Shown here: one piece after another, positions 61,141-64,000 of the stretch | Layout of the letters: each line of letters begins with the position of its first letter | How positions within the stretch are numbered: the stretch's first letter is position 1 | From: Eledone cirrhosa | Taxonomy: Eukaryota | Reading direction: 5' to 3' | NCBI GenBank assembly: GCA_964016885.1 | Contig: OZ024744.1 | Span: 57,474,001 to 57,538,000, forward strand | DNA: 64,000 bases | Translations under genes and position numbers: made by a program | Notes under the pieces: model-generated | What the model was told of the DNA's origin: nothing | Seen by the model: only the letters and a program-made list of their open reading frames with translations | Database searches by the model: none

Positions 61141-64000
61141 TCATCATCATCATCATCACCGTTTTACGTCCGTTCTTCCACGCTAGCATGGGTTAGATGG
61201 GTTGTCCTGTTGTGGGCAGTGTCTGGTCGGCTGACCATGCCTTGCTCATACAGGAACTGATTTGGCTTGATTTCTACAGCTGGATGCCCTTCCTAACACC
61301 AACCGCATTTACAGTGAGTGCTGGGTGCTTTTTCGTGGCGCCTACACGTCCACTTTACAGTGTGGGCTGGGTGCTTTTTTGCCGTGGCACCTCCACGACC
61401 ACCTTGCAGTGGGAGGGTGTGGGGCATATTGTCTATATGCTTCAGCTTGTACCCATGGGAGGTCGGGTGCTCTGTATTACTGTGTGACGCCAGAGGTCAC
61501 GGTCGTGTGTCATCACCTTTGAGAGGTTTAATTGGGTAAGGTCGGCTTTTATCACCTCATCTTGGTCATCTTGGGTCTCCCCCACTCCGCGGTTTCCATC
61601 GACTTCTAGTGCTCTGCACCTTTTTATGCAGCTGTCATCCTTCATACGCATCACATGTCCATACCAACGCATCCGCCTCTCCTGCACAAAGCATTTGATT
61701 CCTCTTATGCTCAGTCTCTCTCTCAATTCATTTATGCTTTGTCGTTCGCGTATATTACTATTACACATCCATCGGAGCATGCAGGCTTCGTTTCTCTCTA
61801 ATCTACGTAAGTCTTCCACTTTCAGCGCCCAGGTCTCACTACCATGTAACATTGCTGTTCGGATACACGCATCATACAGTCTGCCTTTCATTTTGAGGGA
61901 GAAGCCTTTTGCTGCTAGCAGTGGCAGTAGTTCCCTGAACTTCTTCCATTCCATTCTTACCCTAGTTATTGTACTTTCTGTACACCCACCTCCGCTGCTA
62001 ATTCGGTCACCTAGGTAGCAGAAGCTGTCTACTGTCTCTACAGACCCCTCCCAGAGATTGGTGGTACTTGTTTCCTGTGGCTGTTTGCTGCTTGCTGTCC
62101 CAGTACAGCTGCTGCATGTGAAGCCTACATTCTTAATGAAGCTTCCTGAGATCCTGCTACATCTCTTGTGTACCCATTGTTTGCATTTGGGGTAGAGAAT
62201 GGAGTTCCTACCTACACCTTTCCTACATACTGAGCAAGGCCATTTCTCTGAGGGGATCTGGGTCCTGTTTTCTTGTCTACTTACAAGGACCTTAGTCTTT
62301 GTCATGTTGACTTTGAGACCCTTTCTTTCTAGTCCCTGCTTCCAAGTTTGGAATTTCTTCTCTAGTTCTACCATAGATTCAGCTATAAGTGCGAGGTCAT
62401 CAGCATACAGGAGTTCCCATGGGCATCCGGTCTTAAACTCCTCCGTTATTGCCTGCAGGACTACGATGAACAGGAGAGGGCTAAGAATAGAGCCCTGGTG
62501 GACCCCAACCTGTACGCTAAATTCCTCGCTATACTCATTGCTAATCCTAACTTTGCTGACTGCTCCCCTATACATGGCTTGTACCGCTTTCACAAGCCAT
62601 TAATCTACTCCTAGTTTTCTAAGAGCCCACCAGATTCCAGCACGTGGAACTCTGTCAAAGGCTTTCTCGAGATCGACGAATGCCAGGTAGAGTGGCTTAA
62701 CTTTTAGCTAGGTACTTTTCCTGTAACTGCCTCACAAGGAAGAGGGCATCAGTGGTGCCTCTTCCTAGTACAAACCCAAATTGCATCTCATCTAGTTTCA
62801 CCCGGTCCCTAATCAACTGTGCTATAACTCTTTCTGTTACTTTCATGACCTGGTCTATCAGCTTTATACCTCTATAGTTTCCTCTATCGAGTGCATCACC
62901 TTTACCTTTGTAGCAGTTGACAATGATGCTACTGCACCAATCTTTTGGTATGACACCTTCTAGTATTACCTGGTTAACAATACCTACAGACCCAGATGCC
63001 TTCAGCATCTCGGCAGCTATACCCGATGGACTGGTTGCCTTCCCCATCTTCATATCTTTGATAGCCTTACTTACTACGCTGCTGCTGACTTGTACTGCTG
63101 GCCCCTCTATAGGGTCTACTTGGGGTAGCGTCTCTTCTTCCCATGCATTCTCCTCATTTAGTAATCTGTCATAATGGCTCATCCACACATCTTTCTTCTC
63201 AGCACTTGTGAGGGCAAGCTCACCTTTATCATTCCGGATACACTTTTCTCCAATGACATCACAATTCTCTCTGACACACTGCCTCGCAATCTTGAACACC
63301 TCCTGTTTCTGGTCCTCACGTTGCAAAACATGCTTGAATTTTCTATCCTTTGCTTCCCTCCTAGCTAAGTATACTTGTTGCCTAGCTTCCCTCTTGGTCT
63401 CTATGTAATGTACCCTGCTCCCCCGTTCTTCCATTGTTTCCATGCCTGTCTCTTGGCCTTAACTGCCTCATCTACCTTATTGTTCCACCACCAAGTCACT
63501 CTCCTCCTGCTTGTGGTCTTACTCCAGCCACAGACCTCATCCGTCGCATCTAGTAAGTTATTTTTTAGGAAATCCCAGTGCTCTTCTACATTGAATGTCT
63601 CTATCTGTTCTTATTTACTCTCATAGGCGTCGAGTAAAATATCTTTAAATCTGTTACTGGCTGAGGGGTCTTTCAGCTTCCAGATCTTTCTTCTCCAGGT
63701 TGGCCTCTGTTTCCAAGTTTGTCTAGTTCGGACCGTGAGGTTGCTGACAACTAAGCTATGTTGGGAGGTACATTCCTCACTAGGGAAGGCTTTTGTGTTA
63801 CGACCGTCCATCTGTCACGTCCTCTGATGAGGATAAAATCTATCTGACTAGAATGTTCCCCTGATCTATAGGTGATCAGGTGGTTGTCGGGTTTTTTGAA
63901 GTTTGTGTTACATATCGACATGTCATTGGCGTCGCAGAATTCTAGAAGTCTAAATCCTTCTTCATTTCTTGTGCCAACCCCATGGCCTCCATGGACTCTA
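61141..64000 (-). mobile_element. RTE family B, continues beyond the window end
   Basis: ORFs 61442-62593 (GVHQGSILSP, LLYADD, PHD-like finger), 62697-63443 and 63611-63811; 3' UTR; (GAT)n tail. Confidence 0.97.

Overview
AT-rich eukaryotic DNA, almost entirely repetitive, with no complete host gene. The repeat set ((TA)n/(CAT)n microsatellites, tRNA-derived SINEs, RTE LINEs with (GAT)n tails) suggests a coleoid cephalopod such as octopus; this is an inference, not a database result. Contents: a 4.4-kb satellite and several minisatellites; at least four RTE LINE families (near-full-length decayed copies at about 12.9-16.3, 19.8-22.5, 31.2-32.7, 34.1-37.3, 54.1-56.8 and 61.1-64 kb); Penelope-like element remnants; L1/Tx1-like and CR1-like fragments; a mariner relic; and several MITEs and foldbacks. 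A candidate promoter/first-exon region lies near 25.6-27.4 kb. Most notable: (i) Penelope-type hammerhead ribozymes, including an inverted pair with a compensatory U3-A8 core; (ii) two independent 5'-inverted (twin-priming-like) RTE insertions; (iii) an RTE ORF ending in three C2H2 zinc fingers and RTE families with a PHD-like finger after the RT core; (iv) many long inverted repeats that could form dsRNA. Most ORFs in the track are spurious (microsatellite-derived or antisense to LINEs). Coordinates were read by eye and may be off by a few bases. Family labels A-D are my own.
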